This document shows, piece after piece, positions 20,399-28,803 of a DNA stretch of 62,785 bases. This DNA comes from an uncultured Leptospirales bacterium (GTDB lineage Bacteria; Spirochaetota; UBA4802; UBA5550): NCBI GenBank assembly GCA_964529965.1, contig CAZHAD010000004.1, forward strand, positions 10,358 to 73,142, read 5' to 3'. Every line of letters begins with the position of its first letter. Position 1 is the first letter of the stretch. The position numbers and the translations under genes are program-made. The notes below the pieces were generated by a model. The model did no database searches and was not told where the DNA came from. It worked only from the letters and a program-made list of their open reading frames with translations.

Positions 20399-22357
20399 AT
20401 GATAGAGCTGAAGAAGGTTTCAAAGATATACGACACCGGCAAGGTTCAGGTCCGGGCCCTGGACGACGTATCCCTTCGCATCGATGAGGGGGAGTTCGTC
20501 GCCATCATGGGCCATTCCGGATCGGGGAAATCGACCCTTTTGAGCATACTCGGCTTTCTGGACAAGCCGGACGGGGGCTCCTATCATCTCATGGGAAGGG
20601 ACATCACCGAGCTCGGCGACGACGAGCTGTCGCTGATCAGAAATCATATCGCGGGGTTCGTGTTCCAACAGTTCAACCTCCTTCCACGTATGAATTCTCT
20701 GGAGAACGCCGGCCTCCCGCTCGTGTACGCGGGCAAGAGGGACTTCAGGGACGCGGCCAGGGAGAAGATACGCCGCGTCATGCTCTCCCACAGGGAACGG
20801 CACTACCCCAACGAGCTCTCGGGAGGGGAGCAGCAGCGCGTCGCCATAGCCAGGGCGATCGTGAACAGACCGCTGATACTGTTCGCGGACGAGCCGACCG
20901 GGAATCTCGATACAAAGAGCGAGGAGGAGATAATTCGCGTGCTCGAGGAGCTGAACCGGGAAGGGATCACCGTCGTTATGGTGACCCACGAACAGGAGAT
21001 CGCCTCCCGCGCCAGGAGAATCATTCGGATGAGGGACGGGAGGATCATCTCTGATGAAAAGACCGGCAGTAAGAAAAGGCAGGCTCCAGGGAGGACCGTG
21101 TCCGTCAGGGAGATTCTCGGACAGCGGCACTCATATTTCGGCACGGCGGAGTTCATAGATTATCTCAAGCAGGCGCTTGATTCGATCGTTTCACACAAGC
21201 TGCGCTCGATACTGTCCATGCTCGGGATACTCATCGGGGTGGCGGCGGTGATCGCCATGCTGGCCCTGGGTGAGGGGGCGAAGGAGTCGATCACCAGGAG
21301 CCTGAGCTCCCTCGGGTCGAACCTTCTTACGGTTCGCTCGGGCTCGCACAGGCACATGGGGGTCGCGCTTGAAACCGGGCTGGTGACCCGCCTGACCCTG
21401 CAGGACGCGAGGGATTTTTCCCGGTTGAGCGAGGTGAAGAGCGTATCGCCGTCGGTCATCGGCAGGGGCCAGGTCGTGTACAACAACAGGAATTGGAACA
21501 CCCAGGTCTGGGGCACGGGCATCGACTATGCGTACATGAGGGCCGCGGTCCCCATTCAGGGCCGCTTCTTCAACGGACCGGAGCTCCGATCGAGGAAAAA
21601 GGTCGCGATCGTGGGGGCTACGGTAATCAAGCAGCTCTTCGGCCAGGCCAGCCCGGTGGGCCGGACCATCAAGATCAACCGGATCAATTTCAAGATCATC
21701 GGCGTACTGCCGGTCAAGGGGGTGACCTTTTTCCGCGATCAGGACGACGCGGTGGTCATACCGGTGACGACCGCGATGTACCGTCTTCTGGGCAAAGAAT
21801 ACGTCGACTTCATCGACGTCCAGATCACGAACCAGGCCCTTGTCGATCAGGCGATATCCTCGATCCGGAGGCTCATCATAAAAAGGCATCGGCTTCTTCC
21901 CGACGACGAAGATTCGTTCGAGATCAGGGACATGTCCGAGATACGGGACCTGATGACGAGCACCACGAAGACCATGAGCCTGCTGCTCGGGATCGTGGCG
22001 TCAATCTCGCTGCTCGTCGGCGGAATCGGCATCATGAACATCATGCTCGTGTCCGTAAAGGAGAGGATCAGGGAGATCGGGCTGCGCAAGGCCGTCGGCG
22101 CACGCAGGAAGGACATACTGCTCCAGTTTCTGATCGAGTCCTCCCTGCTTACCCTGTCGGGAGGAGTGGCGGGGATAATCCTCGGCTGCGGCATTTCAAT
22201 TCTGATATCCCTTATGGCCCAGTGGTCGATAAAGATATCAATCTATGCCGTGCTTGTCTCCTCATTGTTTTCGATTCTTATCGGCATAGGATTCGGCTTC
22301 TGGCCCGCGGTCCAGGCTTCCAGACTCAACCCGATCGATGCGCTACGATATGAGTAA
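20399..22357 (+). CDS. macB: MacB-type ABC transporter, fused ATPase/permease
   Basis: Contains Walker A 'GHSGSGKST', signature 'LSGGEQQRVAIARA' and Walker B 'ILFADEPTGNLD'. The C-terminus is an FtsX-like 4-TM permease with a large periplasmic loop. Confidence 0.9.
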   Translation: MIELKKVSKIYDTGKVQVRALDDVSLRIDEGEFVAIMGHSGSGKSTLLSILGFLDKPDGGSYHLMGRDITELGDDELSLIRNHIAGFVFQQFNLLPRMNSLENAGLPLVYAGKRDFRDAAREKIRRVMLSHRERHYPNELSGGEQQRVAIARAIVNRPLILFADEPTGNLDTKSEEEIIRVLEELNREGITVVMVTHEQEIASRARRIIRMRDGRIISDEKTGSKKRQAPGRTVSVREILGQRHSYFGTAEFIDYLKQALDSIVSHKLRSILSMLGILIGVAAVIAMLALGEGAKESITRSLSSLGSNLLTVRSGSHRHMGVALETGLVTRLTLQDARDFSRLSEVKSVSPSVIGRGQVVYNNRNWNTQVWGTGIDYAYMRAAVPIQGRFFNGPELRSRKKVAIVGATVIKQLFGQASPVGRTIKINRINFKIIGVLPVKGVTFFRDQDDAVVIPVTTAMYRLLGKEYVDFIDVQITNQALVDQAISSIRRLIIKRHRLLPDDEDSFEIRDMSEIRDLMTSTTKTMSLLLGIVASISLLVGGIGIMNIMLVSVKERIREIGLRKAVGARRKDILLQFLIESSLLTLSGGVAGIILGCGISILISLMAQWSIKISIYAVLVSSLFSILIGIGFGFWPAVQASRLNPIDALRYE

Positions 22358-22371
22358 TATGAGTTTAAACC

Positions 22372-22394
22372 CCCTCCCCCTCGATGGGGGAGGG
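22372..22394. repeat. GC-rich perfect palindrome CCCTCCCCC-TCGAT-GGGGGAGGG
   Basis: A 9-bp perfect stem was read directly, 15 nt after the macB stop. Confidence 0.7.
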
Positions 22395-22469
22395 CCGGGG
22401 TGGGGGTGAAAAAGCTCATGGCAGACAGTTTATTGGATTTTATAATGCAATCATGAAAGAATCTAGCGT

Positions 22470-22492
22470 CCCCCTCCCATCAAGGGAGGGGG
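22470..22492. repeat. GC-rich perfect palindrome CCCCCTCCC-ATCAA-GGGAGGGGG
   Basis: A 9-bp perfect stem. The core CCTCCCATCAAGG recurs in reverse complement at 24648-24660. Confidence 0.7.
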
Positions 22493-22565
22493 AATGCTTG
22501 AAATATAGAAATTTGCTCTACTCAAGCTATGAATTTAGCGAGATTCCTGAACAAAATGGCTTTCT

Positions 22566-23555
22566 ATGATCAATAATACTGACATGATAAGGAAGATGAA
22601 TGATCTGGGGAGAAAGGGAATTCCCTTTCTTTTTATTATTGATTTCGATGCGGTCAGGCCTGTCATACTGCCGCTCGCCGACGCACGTGACAGCGATATT
22701 TTCTACAATTTTGACGGCTTCAGCAATTGTGGAAATCAGCCGGTAATCATAAACCGCTTTGCCTTTGAAAAATATCCGCTGCCGTATTCCCGCTACAGGC
22801 AGGCCTTCGACTTTGTCGTTGAGAATCAGCGCAAGGGAAATTCGTATCTGTTGAATCTTACCTTTCCGACAAGGGTGGTGACCGATCTTTCCTTTAAGGA
22901 GATATTTTACCGAAGCACCGCGCCTTTTAAGCTGTTCTTCATGGATGAGTTCGTCGTGTTCTCACCTGAAATGTTTGTCAGCATCTCCGACGGTATAATT
23001 TCGTCATGTCCCATGAAGGGTACGATCGATGCGGCCGTGCCCGATGCAGAAAGGGCAATCCTCGCCGACGAGAAGGAATTTGCCGAGCACGTGACCATCG
23101 TCGACCTGATCAGAAATGACTTGAATATCGTAGCGAAAAACGTCAGGGTGGAGAAATTCAGGTATATTGACAGAATCAAAACGCACCGCAAGGAGCTTTT
23201 ACAAGTCAGCTCTCTGATTACCGGAGAGCTGGGAATGGATTATTGCAACAGGATAGGCTCAATCATTGCGTCGATGCTTCCGGCCGGATCCGTGACCGGA
23301 GCGCCAAAAAGAAAGACAGTCGCGCTGATCAAAGAGGCGGAAAAATATGACCGCGGATATTATACGGGTGTTTTCGGCTTCTATGACGGCCTGAAATTGA
23401 AAAGCGCGGTGATGATCCGATATCTGGAAAAATCAAACGGCGCGGTCTGGTATAAAAGCGGCGGCGGAATAACCGTGTACAGCGATCCGGTGTCGGAATA
23501 TAAAGAGTTGGTCGATAAGGTGTATGTGCCGATTATTGGAAACGATAAAAATTGA
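22566..23555 (+). CDS. pabB: Aminodeoxychorismate synthase component I-like chorismate-binding enzyme
   Basis: Contains the chorismate-binding family motifs 'SCPMKGT', 'DLIRNDL' and 'PAGSVTGAPK'. Confidence 0.78.
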   Translation: MINNTDMIRKMNDLGRKGIPFLFIIDFDAVRPVILPLADARDSDIFYNFDGFSNCGNQPVIINRFAFEKYPLPYSRYRQAFDFVVENQRKGNSYLLNLTFPTRVVTDLSFKEIFYRSTAPFKLFFMDEFVVFSPEMFVSISDGIISSCPMKGTIDAAVPDAERAILADEKEFAEHVTIVDLIRNDLNIVAKNVRVEKFRYIDRIKTHRKELLQVSSLITGELGMDYCNRIGSIIASMLPAGSVTGAPKRKTVALIKEAEKYDRGYYTGVFGFYDGLKLKSAVMIRYLEKSNGAVWYKSGGGITVYSDPVSEYKELVDKVYVPIIGNDKN

Positions 23556-24120
23556 GGACGGCGTACCACGCAATCTAGAGCTTCATAACGAAAGGATGAA
23601 TTCGGCTCGTTTCGACATGTTCGGCCGCACCGAGGATATCGATCTGAGCCAGGTCATCACAATTCCTTCTGTATGCAGGCGGGGCGTGTTCAAATGCAGG
23701 GTGGTGTATGCGGAGGAGATCATAGGGATTGAGCTTGAGCGATATGCAAAAAGAGCCGTCAAAAGCCTTAAGATCGTTACCGACGACGGTATCGACTATT
23801 CGTATAAATATGAAGACAGGGAATGCATTCGCAGGCTGCTCGCTCGAAAAGGCGCTTGTGACGATATCCTCATCATAAAAAAAGGCCTGGTAACCGATAC
23901 CTCATTCAGCAATATCGTCTTCCATGACGGCCGGCGTTGGCTCACTCCTGCCGTGCCCCTCCTTAAGGGAACGAAGAGGGAGCTGCTGTTATCGGAAGGG
24001 GTTATTGAACGGGCATCCATTCGGGCTGATGATCTGCAGGGCTTTTCCCGCGCGAGCCTGATCAATGCGATGCTCGATCTGGAGGATTCGGTGGTACAAT
24101 CAGCCGATATCGCATTCTAA
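23524..24120 (+). CDS. pabC: Aminodeoxychorismate lyase-like (class IV aminotransferase fold)
   Basis: 198 aa. It overlaps pabB by 32 nt, and 'LLKGTKRELLL' resembles the fold-type IV PLP enzyme motif. The assignment rests partly on context. Confidence 0.65.
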   Translation: MCRLLETIKIEDGVPRNLELHNERMNSARFDMFGRTEDIDLSQVITIPSVCRRGVFKCRVVYAEEIIGIELERYAKRAVKSLKIVTDDGIDYSYKYEDRECIRRLLARKGACDDILIIKKGLVTDTSFSNIVFHDGRRWLTPAVPLLKGTKRELLLSEGVIERASIRADDLQGFSRASLINAMLDLEDSVVQSADIAF

Positions 24121-24128
24121 TTTGCCTT

Positions 24129-24560
24129 CTACGGCAGAATTTTCACCACCTCGGGGAAATGCTTCCTGTTTTTTTTCAGTTTTTTTCCCATTAATACGAT
24201 CATAAAAATCGCTATCGAGAAAGCAGTCAGGGCTGAAAGAAGAGAGGCCAGTTCGGGGTCGTTCATGTACCGCGGTCCGAATTTCATTCCCAAAACGGCG
24301 CCGCCCACGAGTGCGATTGCGGGAAACATGTAAAAGACAAACGCGATGCCCAGGAGGGACTTGGTTTGAATCTTTAGCAGGACCCTGTCGCCTTCGTGAG
24401 CGCCCGCGACGTTGAAGGATTCAGCCTCTATTTCCTTGTCTCCGCCGAGGGTATGGCACGCATGTTTGCTGTCGCAATGGTCGCACATGGTGGTCTGATG
24501 AATCAACACCCACGCCTTTTCACCTTCCACCCTGGTTACGGTTCCTTCTTCTGTGTCCAT
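24129..24560 (-). CDS. rseC: RseC/MucC family (SoxR-reducing system) membrane protein
   Basis: The N-terminus 'GTVTRVEGEKAWVLIHQTTMCDHCDSKHACH' is followed by two TM helices, which is the typical RseC architecture. Confidence 0.72.
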   Translation of the reverse strand: MDTEEGTVTRVEGEKAWVLIHQTTMCDHCDSKHACHTLGGDKEIEAESFNVAGAHEGDRVLLKIQTKSLLGIAFVFYMFPAIALVGGAVLGMKFGPRYMNDPELASLLSALTAFSIAIFMIVLMGKKLKKNRKHFPEVVKILP

Positions 24561-24641
24561 GATTATCCTGCGTTATTGATAATATACATATGCCGTCCGA
24601 TGCAGGCAAATATATACTGGCGATTTTTTAATTAACGCAGG

Positions 24642-24672
24642 CTCCCTTCCTTGATGGGAGGCCCCCAACCAA
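24642..24672. repeat. Member of the GC-rich palindrome family (CTCCC-N9-GGGAG followed by GCCCCCAACC)
   Basis: CCTTGATGGGAGG is the reverse complement of CCTCCCATCAAGG at 22473-22485. The tail matches the 229-240 element. Confidence 0.5.
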
Positions 24673-24863
24673 TGCGGTGCTCCCCTGAACAATGGACGAG
24701 TATTTTTCCCCCAGATTAAAAAATTATTGCGAAAAACAGAGTATTAAATTCTAATCATCATACATTCTAATTCTAAATGTTTTAGAATCGTTGCAAAACC
24801 CGTTGTCAATGTGCAGGGAGCTGCGCCCTCCATATTAATAATTTATCGTAAAGGAAATATCAC

Positions 24864-25241
24864 ATGGAAAAAAAGAAACTTATCGTGGCTATCGATGATG
24901 ATCCCGAGATTTTGCAGTCCATAAAAATCACGCTTGAATCCAAGGGCCATGAGGTGAAGACCGCTCTGAGCGGCGAAGAGGGGATTGCGCTGCTTGAACA
25001 GTGCTCGCCGAATCTCATTCTCTGCGATATGATGATGGAGCGGATCGATACGGGCGTGGGGGTCGCCACCAAAATAAGGATGAAGGATAAGAGCGTTCCC
25101 ATTTATCTGATGAGCAGCGTCGGGGAGACGATGGCCGCCAACGTTGACATTCATGAGCTCGGTTTCAACGGGTTGCTTCAGAAGCCGATCGCTCCTGACG
25201 ATCTCATTACGCACGTCGACCGCGCATTGAGAATCGGGTGA
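24864..25241 (+). CDS. Response regulator, receiver domain only
   Basis: Contains 'IVAIDDDPEIL', 'LILCDMMME' and 'PIYLMSS'. Confidence 0.82.
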   Translation: MEKKKLIVAIDDDPEILQSIKITLESKGHEVKTALSGEEGIALLEQCSPNLILCDMMMERIDTGVGVATKIRMKDKSVPIYLMSSVGETMAANVDIHELGFNGLLQKPIAPDDLITHVDRALRIG

Positions 25242-25242
25242 T

Positions 25243-25782
25243 TCATAATCCCGACCTTCCTCTTTTATTGAAAAACTCTCTGATATGATTCAGCACCAGC
25301 GGATTGGTGATGCTCACATCCTCCAATCCCGCTTTGATTTCACTGGTGTTCAGCTGCACCTCTTCTCCGCCTATCTTGGTTCGTATTATGAAATCGATTC
25401 GGGGATTGCCGGTGATGAGCGTCGTCACGGTCGAACCGAGGTCTCCGATCGGCTTTCTGTCGATGTGGCTTGCCTTGAAAGTGGCGATGATCTCCGTACC
25501 CTTCCCGGGTCTCGATGAAATTTTCAATTCGCCCTGCGCCTCGATGACGGCCTGCTCGAGAAGCGAGATCCCCATGCCGACCCTCCTGGTCGTCCTCGTG
25601 GTGGTGAACGGATCCCGGGCCTTTTTGAGGAGGCTTTTATTCATTCCCCTCCCGTCGTCCATTACTTTCAGTGTAAGCAGATCATTCTCCCTGTCCTCGA
25701 TAAGAGTTATTTCAACCAGCGTCGCGCCGGCGCGAGTCGAATTCTCGACAATATCAAGGATATGAAGGGAGATGTCTTCCAT
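25243..25782 (-). CDS. Stand-alone GHKL/HATPase_c-like ATP-binding protein
   Basis: Contains an N-box-like 'LDIVENSTRAGAT', G1 'DDGRGM' and G2 'GMGISLL'. No H-box was seen. Confidence 0.72.
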   Translation of the reverse strand: MEDISLHILDIVENSTRAGATLVEITLIEDRENDLLTLKVMDDGRGMNKSLLKKARDPFTTTRTTRRVGMGISLLEQAVIEAQGELKISSRPGKGTEIIATFKASHIDRKPIGDLGSTVTTLITGNPRIDFIIRTKIGGEEVQLNTSEIKAGLEDVSITNPLVLNHIREFFNKRGRSGL

Positions 25783-25799
25783 TTGCGCGTCCCGAAGAA

Positions 25800-26543
25800 T
25801 TAATTCTTTTCGATTTTTCTGCCGCTTTCTCCTTTCAGAGCCATGCGAATTTCATTTAAATTCAATTCTTCAATCAGAAATTCAGTCGTGGCGGTCCCGA
25901 TATCCCTCAACTCATGGGAATCGGATGATCTGATGAAAGGATATTGCTCATATTCTCTGAAACGCACGCGCGCCTGCTCCATGCCGGTATGCCTCGATAT
26001 CTCTATTCCGTCGATCGGCGCGTCTGCGGGGATGAATCCAAGCTGGCCGATGATGCTGTTCGCCTCCCTGTCTATATGCGAGAAAATTGCGATTCCATTA
26101 TTCCCGTGTATGCAATCGATCGTCCGGCTTACGTCCAGAGAGGAAGAGCCGATGAGAAGCCTTTTATCGAATCCCTCCACCTCGTCATGTTCATTGGCGA
26201 TGATCTGCAGGCCGAAAAGCTTTTCGTCATTTTCTCCCTGCATAAGATGATCGAATACGATATCTTGGACGCTCAGGGCGGCCCGGCATGATTCAAACAG
26301 GCCCACGATATGCACTTCCTCTGATGTCGTTATTTCAATTCCCGGAATGACGTACAAACCGGTGCCCCGCGCGGCTGCGGTGACCGAGGTGACATTTTCG
26401 GCGCTGTTGTGGTCCGTTATGGCGATTATGGATAATCCCGCCGCGACGGCATGACGTACGATTTTAATCGGCGTCATGCCCAGATCGGCGCAAGGGGAGA
26501 GGCACGTGTGTATGTGAAGATCCGCGGACACAATCTGAAGCAC
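25800..26543 (-). CDS. PHP-domain metal-dependent phosphoesterase
   Basis: Contains the 'ADLHIHTCLSPCAD' and 'ITDHNS' PHP histidine motifs. Confidence 0.85.
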   Translation of the reverse strand: MLQIVSADLHIHTCLSPCADLGMTPIKIVRHAVAAGLSIIAITDHNSAENVTSVTAAARGTGLYVIPGIEITTSEEVHIVGLFESCRAALSVQDIVFDHLMQGENDEKLFGLQIIANEHDEVEGFDKRLLIGSSSLDVSRTIDCIHGNNGIAIFSHIDREANSIIGQLGFIPADAPIDGIEISRHTGMEQARVRFREYEQYPFIRSSDSHELRDIGTATTEFLIEELNLNEIRMALKGESGRKIEKN

Positions 26544-26616
26544 GTCGGTTCAATATCTCCTTATCCGCCTTTGCCCGTGCGGGCGTAATCGTATGATTCC
26601 CCGTCCGTAGATTGAA

Positions 26617-26958
26617 TCAGTTTCCCTTAATGCCCATCTCGTAAAGCTTGCCCACAATTTCAAACGTGGTGAGTTTTGTAGTCATAATAGGGATATTTTC
26701 TTCGTTTGCCTTCGCCAGCGTGCCCTCTTCGGGAGTTCTGTTGTTCACGAGCACGATGCCGGCCAGATTTTTCAGCACGGCGACTGCGACTATGTTGCTG
26801 TGCGTCTGCAGGGTGATCCACAGGTTGCCGTCCTTGGCGTGCGCCATTACATCGCTCAGGAGATCGCTCGAGTACCCGCCCGTCACATCCCGGATAAGCT
26901 CGCCGTGTTGGGTTTTCATCTCAAATCCGCATTGCTTAATAATTTCCTGTAGCTTCAT
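26617..26958 (-). CDS. DRTGG domain protein
   Basis: Contains 'VTGGYSSDLLSDVM...LWITLQTHSNIVAVA...IVLVNN'. It is a paralogue of 51284..51679. ATG 26958 is preceded by GGAGAAG. Confidence 0.72.
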   Translation of the reverse strand: MKLQEIIKQCGFEMKTQHGELIRDVTGGYSSDLLSDVMAHAKDGNLWITLQTHSNIVAVAVLKNLAGIVLVNNRTPEEGTLAKANEENIPIMTTKLTTFEIVGKLYEMGIKGN

Positions 26959-27886
26959 CGTCTTCTCCGATAAATATTTCAATTTTTAATGTGGTGCCCG
27001 CTCCGACCGTGGACTGCAGATCCATTGTGTCGGAGCATTTTTTTATGTTAGGGAGGCCCATACCCGCGCCAAATCCCAGCTCCTTGACCCATGATTCGGA
27101 GGTCGTGAAACCCGGCTGCATCGCCTTCTCGATGTCCTCGATGCCTGGCCCGTTGTCCGTCACCTCTATCGAGATGTGATCCTCGGCGATGTTGTATTGC
27201 ATGGTGCCGCCGTCCGTGTAGATGACGACGTTCATTTCCGCCTCATATGAGGCGATGGCGACGCGCTGAATGATGTCCGGCCGTATGCCCAGCCGCTTGA
27301 GGTTTTTCTTCATGGTGGTCGAGGCTTTTCCGGCGTTATCGAAATCATTGCCCTTGATTTTAAACTGAAGCGAGACGTTTTTCTCGTCCGCCGTTATGTC
27401 ACCGAAAAAGTGGCTTGCCCGGTATTGCCGGATTTCCTCTTCTTTATATTCCATTTCGAGCTTTTTCAGCGTCCCGTTGATAATGACCCCCCTGGTTATG
27501 ATGCCTGCGAGCCTTCCGCTCTCCCTTTCGAGGACCGGGAAGCGGCCGTATCCGTACTGGTCGAATTTTTTCACCGCATGCATCAGCGGCTGGTCGGCGT
27601 AGAGGCACTGAAGGTTTTTCGACATTATATCTTCAATATAGCAGTCGCGGCCTTCGTCGCTGAGCCACTTTATTAAATCTTCGATGCTGACAACCCCGAC
27701 AAGGGCGCCCCCATCAACAACGGGGACTCCGGAAATCCGGTGTTTCTGAAGGGTGCTTTTCAGCACGCTCATCTTATCCTTGGGGCCGAGGGTGATTATA
27801 TCCCTCCTCATGACATCGGATATTTTCAGCTCAAAAAGTATTTCGACTGTTTTATCGAATTTTGTTTCCATTGATGCGGCGCGCAT
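26936..27886 (-). CDS. CBS-pair protein fused to an anti-sigma-factor-like (RsbW/SpoIIAB-type) HATPase domain
   Basis: Two CBS repeats are present ('VMRRDIITL...ISGVPVVDGGALVGVVSIEDL', 'IMSKNLQCL...RFPVLERESGRLAGIITRG'). The C-terminus has 'VTDNGPGIED' and 'GFGAGMGLPNI'. The start is either 27886 or 27871. Confidence 0.78.
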   Translation of the reverse strand: MRAASMETKFDKTVEILFELKISDVMRRDIITLGPKDKMSVLKSTLQKHRISGVPVVDGGALVGVVSIEDLIKWLSDEGRDCYIEDIMSKNLQCLYADQPLMHAVKKFDQYGYGRFPVLERESGRLAGIITRGVIINGTLKKLEMEYKEEEIRQYRASHFFGDITADEKNVSLQFKIKGNDFDNAGKASTTMKKNLKRLGIRPDIIQRVAIASYEAEMNVVIYTDGGTMQYNIAEDHISIEVTDNGPGIEDIEKAMQPGFTTSESWVKELGFGAGMGLPNIKKCSDTMDLQSTVGAGTTLKIEIFIGEDDEATGNY

Positions 27887-28803
27887 AAATCTGTGATTAA
27901 CCGGTTATCGTAGCCTCACGAGCTTAACGCGGACGATTGTTTGCTCTACGAGCGCTCCTTCCATTGATAACCGGCCTAAGGTTTCTTTATTACGTTGTCC
28001 CGTCGTCCCTTTCATTTCGGGCCCGGCAGGCCCTTCAGGAACAACCGTCGCATACTCGATGCCCTTTTGGGTGTCATGTATATTCAGCGTGAGTTGTTCA
28101 CGACATTCATAAATGAAAACAGCTCACTATTCAACCAAAACGAATACAAGATGGAGCTTTTATCATGATTTTGCTGAGCGTCCCCGGGAACATGTTTGCA
28201 GATTTAAGAATATACATTAAAGAGTTTTATGAATTCCTTATATATATCACTCGTTTGTTATTAATACCTGGAAAAAATTTGCGATTATGTCAAGAATAAA
28301 AAGCATGGTGTTTTTTTTTAAAATTAATTCTTGACATTAATTTATTATCGCGGTTATGTTACCGACACTGGAAAATTTTTTTATATCGTGCAGATGAATA
28401 CTGTTTTAAACCAAACGTCCATTACTTCCGCTTTTCATATTTTTTTATTTTTTGGCATTATACCAGAACAGCTTATAATTCCGTGGCAACGGGCTGCAAG
28501 CCCGGGTAATAATTTATGTGAATAGAGTCTTTCTTTCGTATAGAAAAGTGAGAAGAGTTTCCCCTTCGTAACTGCTATTCATTGTTATTGTGGGAAATTA
28601 AGCTGTGCCAGGAGCATGTATGGTACTGGGTAAGCCACGGCATAAACGAATATATGGGTGCCCGTGTAAGGTATCATAAAATATAAAAAAAACATTATTG
28701 TAATGATAGCATAATTATTTTTGTTATAGCGATTTAATACCGAGGAGCAGAGTTCATTCATATTTCGATCAAATAATCTTATCAACATCAAGGCGGGGAA
28801 ATT

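Noticed and set aside
22384-22569. A 61-aa ORF beginning 'MGEGRGGGEK'.
   Set aside because: It is generated by translating the GGGGGAGGG palindromic repeats. It has no RBS and spans two repeat units.
229-24672. GC-rich palindromes as a CRISPR array.
   Set aside because: The copies are few, dispersed over three loci, variable in sequence and not interleaved with uniform-length spacers. No cas genes are present.
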